Source of the DNA: Macrostomum lignano
Lineage: Eukaryota
Reading direction: 5' to 3'
Length of the DNA: 64,000 nucleotides
Assembly (NCBI GenBank): GCA_002269645.1
Contig: NIVC01003582.1
Span: forward strand, 1-64,000
Shown here in pieces: positions 11,058 through 23,300 of the stretch (position 1 is the first letter of the stretch; every line of letters starts with the position of its first letter). Below the pieces are notes generated by a model. It did no database searches. It saw nothing but the letters and a program-made list of their open reading frames with translations, and was not told where the DNA came from. The translations under genes and the position numbers were made by a program.

Positions 11058-13050
11058 CAAAGAGCTGCGATCGCTGCTTCCTTCTGATGAAGAAGGAAGA
11101 GAGGGGAATTGCAAGTATTTAAAGTCTGCTGTTGGTAGGAGTTTTTTCAAGCAAACGTCTCATTGGCCCATCCTACAGTGAGCTTTTTGGAGACTTCAGG
11201 CTTGCTCCCGGACTCACCTTGCTTTTAGACTTCCCAGTAAATTATGAAATCTCTGAATCTCTGGTCTGCAACGAGTGCTGAGAATCTGATGCCAACAATT
11301 AATCTGCAAATCTCTGCCTCCTGAACTGCGGAGCACGAGTAGGCCAACTCTTGAGCCGTTCTGGTTCTAGCAAGTAAAGGAGTTACCTTTCATTTCGAGT
11401 CACCTGGCAGATTTGTCAATACGAACAGGCGGGTGCTTCTCCCCCTGCCAGTTAAGCCGTCTCCTTGTAACGACGCTTGTACAAGACTAAGTTGAGAATT
11501 GAAACTAATGATTCAAGTGAACGCATGAATAAAACAAGCGTTGGCTTGTCGTTCATTAGCCAGCTAATTATTATTCATAGTAGAGAATCGAGGCAAGATG
11601 GAGAGACAAGACAAGAATGGGGAGCGTTGCTTATTTACTAATTTCAACCTCAAACTCAACCTCACGCAATAGAGGCTTGAGGCAATAAAAGTGCATGTGC
11701 TTCATTTTGCCACTAGAGACAAAGACTATTTCCCCAACTCTACTACTAGGGAAGCTTTTCAAGTAGTATGCTTTGCATTCGTTTTTTAAACTTAGTTAAA
11801 AGGACAAAGTTAGCTTTCTGCTCAACATTTTAACATCCGGGAAGGAAAATGCTAAGTTGCATGTCGCTCTTGTCTCGCGCGCCCCTTTTGCGCCATGGGG
11901 CAGCCCTTGCTGCCTCTAATTGAGCGGAAGCAACTTCTGGTCTAATTTGGTTGCGACTGTAAGAATACGAATCGCTAGTCAGGAGACGTCTGACCCCCCC
12001 CCCCTCCTCAGGCGAGCTGATGAACTTCTTTTCAATATCTTCTCCTCCGATCTAATTCTTGGCACACTTCATTTCGTCCGCCTAAGCCCCTGGTTGTAGC
12101 ATATCCGTGCAGATTCCAGCACGGGAGCTCCACTCACAGTCACCGCAAAGCGTCTCACCCACTCAATCAAGATTGCACCGGAGAAAGTTCCCCTTATAAA
12201 CCCGTTGTCTGTGAGATAAGAGAAGGCAGAATAGGATTTAGTCCAATCCCCCTAGATCTGTGAAACAGCGTAGCAAATTACTTCCTGCTACATTCCACGT
12301 ACTGTTTAATCCTCAGCCCAGGAAGGCTTCAAAGTATCTCCCAATATATCCCCTTAATCCACTACCAACGCCAGGAAACTCCATGCGTTCATCTCTGACG
12401 CGAGCGTAAACCTGACTTAGCTTTGATTTTACTATAGCTTGTTTACTTATCAATAGCTAGCCTTGTATTCAACCAGACAGCTCAATGTGCAGGTAGCCCA
12501 GCAGCACAAACTGGACGCTTCTTGCTTCGGACTGTCTCTCTGCCACCTTCATTCTCTTACCCCATCTGTAAGCAAAAAGTACTCTAGCTATTGTATAATG
12601 ACAACAGTGTATTGCTGCTGCTGGTGCTGCCGTGCCATGAGCGCATAGAACTCGCCCACTCTCCCCTTTCGCTCTCTCTTTCTCGCTCTCTTGCCATCGT
12701 CCACAGCTTCCAGTGTCCAAAGACACTCGCCAAGCAACAGATTGTACTCACAGGGGCCAACATCTCTCCTAGTCTCGGTCTTGTTTTAATTCCTGGCTCA
12801 ACCCTGGCTTTGCCCTACTCTTCAGTGAGTTTCAGTTGCTGTGTTGCCAATTAAAAAACGGCATTATTCAAAGCAGAATCAAGCGCGCACACACGGGCTG
12901 CCTCCAGAAAGCTTAGAAAAAGGATCAAATTAGAGCAGAGAAGTCAACGAAAGACGACTTGAAGCAAGTCCCGTCGCAGAGAATTAGCATCCCCTGTCAT
13001 CCAGCACAGAATCGTTCCAGCTAAACTTCTCCTCATTGAAACAAAACTGC

Positions 13051-14667
13051 ATGTCTTCCAGAGAAGCTGGTCCAAACCGACCCGACTCTGGCGTCACTCA
13101 GCAGCTGTTTGGCGACGAGTCGGATCGCAATCAACAGCTACTCTTGGAACGCTTGAAACGGCTTCGAGAACGACGACCAAACGGACTGCCGAACTTGCGC
13201 GTCTGTCAAGTTGTTGGCGGCAAGATCTGCCTGCGGGCGTGCGATCCGTTCAACCTGGACGACGAGGGGGCCGCCGAGTTGATGTCGCTTGGCCTGCGAT
13301 CAATCATCGATCTCAGGTCCGACCATGAGAGAACAGAGCCACCGGATGCGCCTCTATATAAGTAGGTTTTACATACAGGTGTGCATTCGCGTTGTGAAGG
13401 TGCATTTCTGTTGTAGAAGTGTGCTTCGGTTGTAGAGGTGTGTTCCCTTCGTAAAAGTGTATATAGATACATTTCCACTTGAACCTTGCAGAACTCGCCA
13501 TCGAGTTGTCTTCTCGGTTCTTTTGGGTTTAATGCTTTATGCTGCTAGAACTGTTATTGTTACATGTACGTTCTTGTCTTCATATTTCTGTCATTCTCTT
13601 CCAATTTTAATTGAAAGCACCAAATTTTTGGCCCTCAGCCATCTCTGCGTCCTCCGCTGGCAGCCGGAGGCCGACGCGGGAGCTGAGACTGACGGCTTCA
13701 TCATTGAGCGCCCGGTGGGTGCCGACGACGACTTGGTCTCCGCCATCGCCTACCGGGTGGACTGTCTTCGCTCGCCTCAGCTCCAGCTGCGGAGATTTCT
13801 GGCCGACTACGCCGGGCCCTGCCGGCTGTGCGTCCCGGATGTCAGCGCCTACCTGCTGTCCGCCAGCGCCGGCCGGCCAACACTGCGGCTGCTACGCGAA
13901 GTGCTCGACTGCTTCCCGGACGCGCTGGCCGCAGCCATGCGGGTGTTGGCCAGACGGGATGCCTACCCGGCGCTGTTGGTCAGCCGGGACGGTCAGCAGG
14001 TGGCAGCCGTGGTCGTCTGTCTGATGCAGCTGCTTCTGGGCGAGGATCCCAGCATTCTGGCCGACATGCACGCCGCGTCGGAGGTGAGGAGCAGGGAGGT
14101 GCTGCTGGGAGGTAGCTGGAGGAGCTTGGAACACAGTATTAACTGATGAATGATGGGCATGATTCCCGACCCACTCGGAACAATTTCCGAGTGAACTTAT
14201 ATGATTAGGGGGCGAAAGGGGGCGACCCCCTCAGTCCTTGGACTGAACAGCCGTACGCAGCCTTCAGATGCGCCGCGCGATGGCTGCGGCTGAGCTGTCG
14301 GTTGCACATCTGGCCATTAGGGCAGGCTACGTCTTCTTCTGCACTCACATCGACAGCTCCAATAAAACCGTGAAACAAAAAACCAACTATGAGTTACCAA
14401 CTTCAAAATCAACTTGAATTATGAGTTAAAAAATATTAACAAAAAGCAAAATTGGCCTATCAATCCCATCCTTGTCTGCTTTAGACCGAATTCGCCAGAT
14501 ATCAGGGTGACTACCCGGAGTCTGAGCACAGCGCCAGACTCAAAGAGTCGCGATCTACCATGCTGCAGCTGGTTGACTACATACTGGAGACTTACCGCAG
14601 CGCCGAGAACTACCTGCTGAAAGCTGGACTGTCCCAGCAGGAAATCCGACAGCTGAAGACTGTTTGA
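13051..14667 (+). CDS. Y_phosphatase3 (IphP/PtpB-like) tyrosine-phosphatase-fold protein with a degenerate active site, 3 exons
   Basis: Exons 13051-13361, 13639-14083, 14485-14667 (phases 2 and 0, GT-AG). Motifs LGLRSIIDLRSDHE and C-terminal MLQLVDYILETYRSAENYLLKAGLSQQEIRQLK fit the family. P-loop reads PALLVSRDGQQVA instead of PxLxHCxxGKDRT. Confidence 0.7.
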
Positions 14668-14814
14668 GCTCGAATGCACCTTGAAAAACTTGATGTTCCC
14701 AGAGCCAAAATAGTTCGTTAGGAAGCAGATACTCCAATCACTTTGCATTCGTTGTGCTTAGAATTCAATTTACTCTTCAAAGCGTGCAAATTATATTAGT
14801 AGCTTTATTCTGTT

Positions 14815-15030
14815 TTCTTCTGCTACTGCTATTGTTGCTGCTGTAGTTACTGCTATAGTAACTGTTATAGTTACTACTATAGTTACTGCTGTAGTTACTG
14901 CTATAGTTACCGCTGTAGTTACTGCTATACTTACTGCTGTAGTTACTGTTATAGTTACTGCTATGGTTACTGCTATAGGCACTGCTGTAGTTACTGCTAT
15001 AGGTACTGTTATCGTTACTGTTATATTTAC
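14815..15030. repeat. Degenerate 12-bp repeat (GTTACTGCT[AG]TA)n
   Basis: Read directly. Confidence 0.85.
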
Positions 15031-15865
15031 TTGTTATACTTAGTATATTACTCACTGCCAAAAACATTTGTAGGGTTGCGTTTGGTTTGGGCCGTCGGGG
15101 TGGGGGCTGCTCTATTAGTATATGTACTTGCATCTCGCTTTCTTCTCTGTACATGCCCACCACCCCAGTTGGGTGAGTCACTTTAATCGATCTATTTACT
15201 ATTTAATCGCTCGTAAATTATCGTGCATCAAAATATACTTCGTAAACTTACTCTAAATTCTCGGCTCTTACACATTTTTTTTCTTGATATTTTTGACATT
15301 TTAAAATAAAAGAGGTAAACATATATTTGATTATGTAACCACATAAAAGCGGTAAGTCGCGACTTCAATGCTTTGCAAGGCTGTCGATTCCCTTGAAAGC
15401 ACATTAGCTGCAGTCGCCATTGCACTGTGGTGCAGCAATTGCACTTTCGCTTGTGCATATCGAGAAAGAGAAAAAGAGAGAGTCGGAGAGGAGCTCAAGC
15501 GAGTGTGGGAGAGGATTTTTTTCGAACTACCCGAGGCAATAACCTGAGCAGCAGCTCCAGACCCAGCTCAGCAAAGTTGTAGATGCTAATGCGATAAGTT
15601 GAGGGGCACAAAGGGCCGAATCGCGGGGTTGAGTGGGCGAATTGGTTGACAAAATCAATAATGCATTTCATAGCCAGAGACTCGATCGCTCAGCTGGAAG
15701 CCAAGGTCGCATAAACCGCGGTACTCAGTTCCGTTTCGACCAATCCTGGCTTGACTGAAACCCCCCCCTCGAGTCTTGAGCAGTGCGGAGCAGTTTTATT
15801 GCACCCCCACTGCCTAACCTGACGGAAATTTCGCCGCTGAGAGCCACCAACTCGGCTGTTGGTCA

Positions 15866-17291
15866 ATGCGGACAGACAGATCTCCATTCTTGAGGGCGCT
15901 GCGGCTGCTGGCGATTCTGCTGCTCCAGCTGAGAGCCGTCAGAGGTAAGCTGTGCTTCTGATATGTCTGTCTGTCTTAGTGTCTGCCTGCCTTCTTGTCT
16001 TCCTGTCTTAGTGTCTGCCTGTCTTAGTGTCTGCCTGTCTTAGTGTCTGCATGTCTTAGTGTCTTCCTGTCTTAGTGTCTGCCTGTCTTAGTGTCTGTCT
16101 GCCTTAGTGTCTTCCTGTCTTAGTGTCTGCCTGTCTTAGTGTCTGCCTGTCTTAGTGTCTGCATGTCTTAGTGTCTTCCTGTCTTAGTGTCTTCCTGTCT
16201 TAGTGTCTGCCTGTCTTAGTGTCTGCATGTCTTAGTGTCTTCCTGTCTTAGTGTCTGCCTGTCTTAGTGTCTGTCTGCCTTAGTGTCTGCCTGTCTTAGT
16301 GTCTGCATGTCTTAGTGTCTTCCTGTCTTAGTGTCTGCCTGTCTTAGTGTCTGCCTGTCTTAGTGTCTGCATGTCTTAGTGTCTTCCTGTCTTAGTGTCT
16401 GCCTGTCTTAGTGTCTGCCTGTCTTAGTGTCTGTCTGCCTTAGTGTCTGCCTATCTTAGTGTCTGCCTGTCTTAGTGTCTGCCTGTCTTAGTGTCTGCAT
16501 GTCTTAGTGTCTTCCTGTCTTAGTGTCTGCCTGTCTTAGTGTCTGTCTGTCTTAGTGTCTGCATGTCTTAGTGTCTTCCTGTCTTAGTGTCTGCCTGTCT
16601 TAGTGTCTGCCTGCCTTCTTGTCTTCCTGTCTTAGTGTCTGCCTGTCTTAGTGTCTGTCTGCCTTAGTGTCTGTCTGCCTTAGTGTCTGCCTGTCTTAGT
16701 GTCTGCCTGTCTTAGTGTCTTCCTGTCTTAGTGTCTGCCTGTCTTAGTGTCTGCATGTCTTAGTGTCTTCCTGTCTTAGTGTCTGCCTGTCTTAGTGTCT
16801 GCCTGTCTTAGTGTCTGCATGTCTTAGTGTCTTCCTGTCTTAGTGTCTGCCTGTCTTAGTGTCTGTCTGCCTTAGTGTCTGCCTATCTTAGTGTCTGCCT
16901 GTCTTAGTGTCTGCCTGTCTTAGTGTCTGCATGTCTTAGTGTCTTCCTGTCTTAGTGTCTGCCTGTCTTAGTGTCTGTCTGTCTTAGTGTCTGCATGTCT
17001 TAGTGTCTTCCTGTCTTAGTGTCTGCCTGTCTTAGTGTCTGCCTGCCTTCTTGTCTTCCTGTCTTAGTGTCTGTCTGTCTTAGTGTCTGTCTGCCTTCTT
17101 GTCTTCCTGTCTTAGTGTCTGTCTGTCTTAGTGTCTGCCCGTCTTAGTGTCTGCCTGTCTTAGTGTCTGTCTGCCTTCTTGTCTTCCTGTCTTAGTGTCT
17201 GTCTGTCTTAGTGTCTGCCTGTCTTAGTGTCTGCCTGTCTTAGTGTCTGCCTGTCCTAGTGTCTGCCTGTCTTAGTGTCTGCATGTCTTAG

Positions 17292-17324
<33 letters not shown>

Positions 17325-20300
17325 TAGTGTCTGCCTGCCTGTCTGTCTTTCTGACTGTCTGTCTCAATCCCGATATCATTGCTCACTGCAGATAACAGTC
17401 AGCAATAAACTAAAGTGGTCCAAAAGCATCATTTTCAAATGAAATCGCGAATGTATTTCGCCTTCAGTCAAATCCCACTGAGACGGGCAGGATTAGGTGA
17501 GGCCAGAACACACAGCGGGCCCTGTTTAACAGAGCAATGCTTTATTTATCAGTCACTGCTGCGTCAGGCACCCCGCAGAATTTTTATGAGCTCCTAATGC
17601 GGTCGGTCCCGGGGATCAAGAAGCGCGCCGCGGCAGCTCCCAGATCCTCCCGCAGGCAGCGCGCGCGGTCGGGCGTGAGAAATGATTGCATTTTTCCTAG
17701 CCCGTTTTCTGTTACTCGTCCCTAACTATTTCTCTTACAGAGGCGCTGTGAACGCTTGAGCAACTTCTCTCGTGAATGAGTGCAAATTGCTGTATTATGC
17801 GTTCATAGGTATGGTAGTGAACAATCCTGGGATGAAGCAGCCAATTTGCAAGTCAATTATCGTTAAGTTTGAAAAAGAAGCTTACTCTCTGCTGTTTATA
17901 AAGTGTTTGTTTCCTATAATAAATTTTCTTGTGCATTTTCCGTACAAAAAATGGAAGTTCGATTTAGAAAAGAACAACGAAAATAATGTTCTAGTTTTCG
18001 TACTGTTAGTAGAGTTAAACGGTGATTTGAATATTAAATATTAGTGATATGCATATTTACGAGTAACTTCTGAGATTAACAAAAAAAAAACAAAAAGCGA
18101 AGGTGCAGCTGAAAATTTAGAGATGGAGTTGGCAAAATTTTATGTCAAGGGAAGAAGAAAGGCTAGCTGATGGAGGAAAGGAGATGGAATAAAGGAGAGA
18201 GAAAATTTGAGATGAGATTTGAGATGAGATTAGAGAAGAGATGGAAGAAAAGAGAGGAGGAGAGGAGAGGAGAGGAGAGGAGAGGGGAGAGAGAGAGAGA
18301 GAGAAAGAGAAGAGAGAAGAGAGAGAAGAGAGGAGAGGGGATGAGAGAGGAGAGAGAAGAGAGAGAAGAGAGGAGAGGGGATGAGAGAGGAGAGAGAGAG
18401 AGAGAAAGAAAAGAGTGGAGGAAAGGAGAAAGGAGAGAGAAGAGAGGAGAGAGGGAGAGGAGAGAGGGAGAGGAGAGAGGGAGAGGAGAGAGGGAGAGGA
18501 GAGAGGGAGAGGAGAGAGGGAGAGGAGAGAGGGAGAGGAGAGAGGGAGAGGAGAGGGAGAGGAGAGAAGTTTCAAAGGACCCGAAGGCCGGATAGAGAAG
18601 CTTCGCGGGCCGAATTAGGCCTGCAGGCCGGAGCTTGCCAACACCTGATTCTAAAATCAGCAATCAACCACATAATAAACTCATCTTTTTTCGTTGTTCT
18701 TAGCATTACTAGTGAAAAATATTTACAATAACTACTAATATCTAGAAAGGTGAGACTTACAACAAAGTGGCAGCGAACGACACGGCTACGACAATGGCAT
18801 ATAAATCATAGAAATTCATACAATGATCTAAGACGTCTTATATAAAATGTAAGAGAAAGCCGCAGAAGGCCATAAAAAGTTATAGAAAGTCATAGAAAGT
18901 CATAGAAAGTAATAGAAAGTCATAGAAAGTCATAGAAAGTCATAGAAAGTCATAGAAAGTCATAGAAAGTCATAGAAAGTCATAGAAAGTCATAGAAAGT
19001 CATAGAAAGTCATAGAAAGTCATAGAAAGTCATAGAAAGTCATAGAAAGTCATAGAAAGTCATAGAAAGTCATAGAAAGTCATAGAAAGTCATAGAAAGA
19101 CACAGAAAGTCATAGAGGCATAGAAATATAGAAAGCCGTGGAAAGTCATGTAAAAATCTTCGAAAGTCATTATAGGATAAAATATCAGATGTAGTTACAA
19201 AGCAATACAGATAAGCTTTGAGATAAACCGTGGTCGCGAAATCTGCAAATATTGCAATTACTGAGCAGTTTTATCTAGCAAGACCGCATGCGAAAACTTT
19301 TGTCCTGAGGGTCAGCAATAGCAGCCTCTTGTCGCGTTGGGAACTATGAAATCCCCCCCCCTGAATTATCCCGGCCGCTTCGCACTGGTGGCAGCAATTT
19401 CATGCGGCAATCCCACATGATCCCCAATAGGGCCTTGTTAAAGCATCTCTGATTGGCTGCCGAAAAAAATCAATATGAAGCGCAACAACTCTCTGATGGA
19501 AGCATTCGGTATATAATACATGTATTTGGCATGCTTTAGGCGTTCGGAGACCTTTGAGGCCTAAGACGTTCAGTCACTAAATTAATGACACTTTCAAGGC
19601 TGTGGGGAAATATTTTGGTGCTCTGCTGCGGCCTTGGGTGGATTGTAGAAACTGGTGAGTTTTTTGTGTGTCATTCTGTCTTCCCTGTGTCATTCTGTCT
19701 TCCCTAATGTGTCATTCTGTCTTCCCTAATGTGTCATTCTGTCTTCCCTAATGTGTCATTCTGTCTTCCCTGTGTCATTCTGTCTTCCCTAATGTGTCAT
19801 TCTGTCTTCCCTGTGTCATTCTGTCTTCCCTAATGTGTCATTCTGTCTTCCCTAATGTGTCATTATGTCTTCCCTAATGTGTCATTCTGTCTTCCCTGTG
19901 TCATTCTGTCTTCCCTAATGTGTCATTCTGTCTTCCCTAATGTGTCATTATGTCTTCCCTAATGTGTCATTCTGTCTTCCCTAATGTGTCATTATGTCTT
20001 CCCTAATGTGTCATTCTGTCTTCCCTGTGTCATTCTGTCTTCCCTGTGTCATTCTGTCTTCCCTAATGTGTCATTATGTCTTCCCTGTGTCATTCTGTCT
20101 TCCCTAATGTGTCATTCTGTCTTCCCTGTGTCATTCTGTCTTCCCTAATGTGTCATTCTGTCTTCCCTAATGTGTCATTCTGTCTTCCCTAATGTGTCAT
20201 TCTGTCTTCCCTAATGTGTCATTCTGTCTTCCCTAATGTGTCATTCTGTCTTCCCTAATGTGTCATTCTGTCTTCCCTAATGTGTCATTATGTCTTCCCT

Positions 20301-23300
20301 AATGTGTCATTCTGTCTTCCCTAATGTGTCATTCTGTCTTCCCTAATGTGTCATTCTGTCTTCCCTAATGTGTCATTTTGACCAAGTAATGTGTCATTCT
20401 GTTCATCCGAGTGTGTCATGCTGTCCATCTGAATGTGTCATGCTGTCAATCTGAATGTGTCAATCTGAACAAGTGAATGTGTCATGCTGTCAATCTGAAT
20501 GTGTCATGCTGTCAATCTGAATGTGTCATTCTGTCAATCTGAATGTGTCAATCTGAATGTGTCATTCTGTCAATCTGAATGTGTCCATCTGAATGTATCA
20601 TTCTGACCATCTGAATGTGTCAGTCTGTCCATCTGAATGTGTCATTCTGTCCATCTGAATGTATCATTCTGTCAATCTGAATGTATCATTCTGTCCATCT
20701 GAATGTGTCAATCTGAATGTGTCATTCTGTCAATCTGAATGTGTCAATCTGAATGTATTATCTGACCATCTGAATGTGTCAGTCTGTCCATCTGAATGTG
20801 TCATTCTGTCCATCTGAATGTATCATTCTGTCCATCTGAATGTGTCAATCTGAATGTGTCATTCTGTCAATCTGAATGTGTGATTCTGTCCATCTGAATG
20901 TGTCAATCTGAATGTGTCATTCTGTCAATCTGAATGTGTGATTCTGTCCATCTGAATGTGTCATTCTGACCATCTGAATGTATCATTCTGACCATCTGAA
21001 TGTGTCATTCTGTCCATCTGAATGTGTCATTCTGTCCATCTGAATGTATCATTCTGTCCATCTGAATGTATCATTCTGTCCATCTGAATGTGTCATTCTG
21101 TCCATCTGAATGTATCATTCTGTCCATCTGAATGTATCATTCTGTCCATCTGAATGTATCATTCTGTCCATCTGAATGTATCATTCTGTCTTCTGCAAAT
21201 TCTTATTTAGGAGCATTTTATTTTGATTTTAGATTTTGATACAAACGAAATTATCCCAAAAGTAGAACATGATCTGTTGGCAGAGCTGCAGCCAATAAAT
21301 TCAGGATTACAGAGGCAGTCAGCTGCAATTCAGACTTGCATACACAACTTCAGCTGCTGCTATTCATTCCGCAGCGCCATCGAGGTCGATCTTATTCATT
21401 ATGAAAGCGAATTTAGGCAAGATAAACGACCTCCTTGACAGAGCGATATCTATCTCCCCTCGCGTATACAGATCCCTATTGTTCCCAATCTGCCCCAAGA
21501 AACCAACTGCCTGTCGGGAGAATGCAAAGACGTTACAAAAAACGGGAGAAATATCTTATCTATTTTTTATCCCATAATACCCTTTGTCGTTTTATCAACT
21601 ACACTGGTAGTGCATCATGATGGGTTGTTACTACACCGAGGCGAGGGAGGCAGTGTGCATTGGTCCGGAAGTGAATGCCTGCTGGGCACAAGCAATTGAT
21701 TATGACTTGGCTTCCCGCAATCCCTGCTGACTAGTAAAAATTCCGATAAGGCTAAGGCTTGATAGTGTAACTAGAACCTGCTGCTCAAGGGGCTGCGGTA
21801 GCTCAGAAGGTGATAATTAACTGCTTAATTACACTGTTCCCGCCTTCGGGAGCTCGGCTGAATAGGAGGCCCTAGTCTGAGCCGTCCGTCTGAGACTGCC
21901 GGAATTCCTTGCATATAGGCTGTTCGCTGGGTCTTGGCTAGAATTTGAATCTTTTTGGCTTGACCAGTTTGCACCGTGTGTCGCTTTATTCGACTCGCTA
22001 AAGACTTTATTATTACTCTCGGCTTGATGCGTCACTATTCGAGAAATATTTCATTCTTTTAAGCACAGCTCACTCAAAAAAGCATGCATCAACCATCACT
22101 TTCGACCAGTATCTGTAACTCTCAATCATTATCTGTCACTCTCAATCATTACCTGTCACTCTCAATCATTACCTGTCACTCTCAATCATTATCTGTCACT
22201 CTGAATCATTATCTGTCACTCTGAATCATTATCTGTCACTCTGAATCATTATCTGTCACTCTTAATCATTACCTGTCACTCTCAATCATTACCTGTCACT
22301 CTCAATCATTATCTGTCACTCTGAATCATTATCTGTCACTCTCAATCATTACCTGTCACTCTCAATCATTACCTGTCACTCTCAATCATTACCTGTCCCT
22401 CTCAATCATTATCTGTCACTCTCAATCATTACCTGTCACTCTCAATCATTATCTGTCACTCTCAATCATTACCTGTCACTCTCAATCATTACCTGTCACT
22501 CTCAATCATTATCTGTCCCTCTCAATCATTATCTGTCACTCTCAATCATTATCTGTCCCTCTCAATCATTATCTGTCACTCTCAATCATTATCTGTCACT
22601 CTCAACAAACAATCCGTCACTCTCAGCAAACAATCCGTCACTCTCAAAAAACAATCCGTCACTCTCAGTAAACAATCCGTCACTCTCAGTAAACAATCCG
22701 TCACTCTCAAAAAACAATCCGTCACTCTCAGTAAACAATCCGTCACTCTCAGTAAACAATCCGTCACTCTCAGTAAACAATCCGTCACTCTCAGTAAACA
22801 ATCCGTCACTCTCAGTAAACAATCCGTCACTCTCAGTAAACAATCCAGCACAATCCACCCTAATCAGTGCACCGCGCGGGATTCCCCACCCGAATCGCTA
22901 ACGCATAACACAACCGCTGCAGGCGATGCGTACACCTGGACAGCCGACATGCCGCACGGAAACGCCTCGGTGGAGTACCGGCTCAAGCAGTTCCTCATGC
23001 GCGGCTACGACATCACCAGCCGGCCAGTGCGAAAGGACTCGACCGCAATCGACTGCCAGCTGGGGATGTCGCTGTTTCACATTCTGGATACTGTAAGTGG
23101 TGCTTTTCTAAAGCGTGGAAAGCGTGGATAAATTTCCACGCTCGTCGAAAGAATATTGTAAGCTACTTTGCAACAGGCTTCTCCTCTCGACATGATGAGC
23201 GTACAGTGGCCTTTGCTAAGCTGTATCTCATACGGTGTTGTCAAGGGGTTGCGGTACCCCTCAAGCATGGTCGTCTTCAATCCATTTCAGCGACAATAGT

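Noticed and set aside
18124-18647. Possible hAT-like MITE (GAGTTGGCAA ... TTGCCAACACCTG) around the GA tract
   Set aside because: Only about 8 bp of inverted match and no convincing 8-bp TSD; not supportable without a genome search.
18117-18731. ERERR and LSSP low-complexity ORFs
   Set aside because: Products of a GA-rich polypurine tract.
21829-22035. Ser/Asn-rich minus-strand ORF in nAChR intron 1
   Set aside because: Short, no ATG, no partner exons found.
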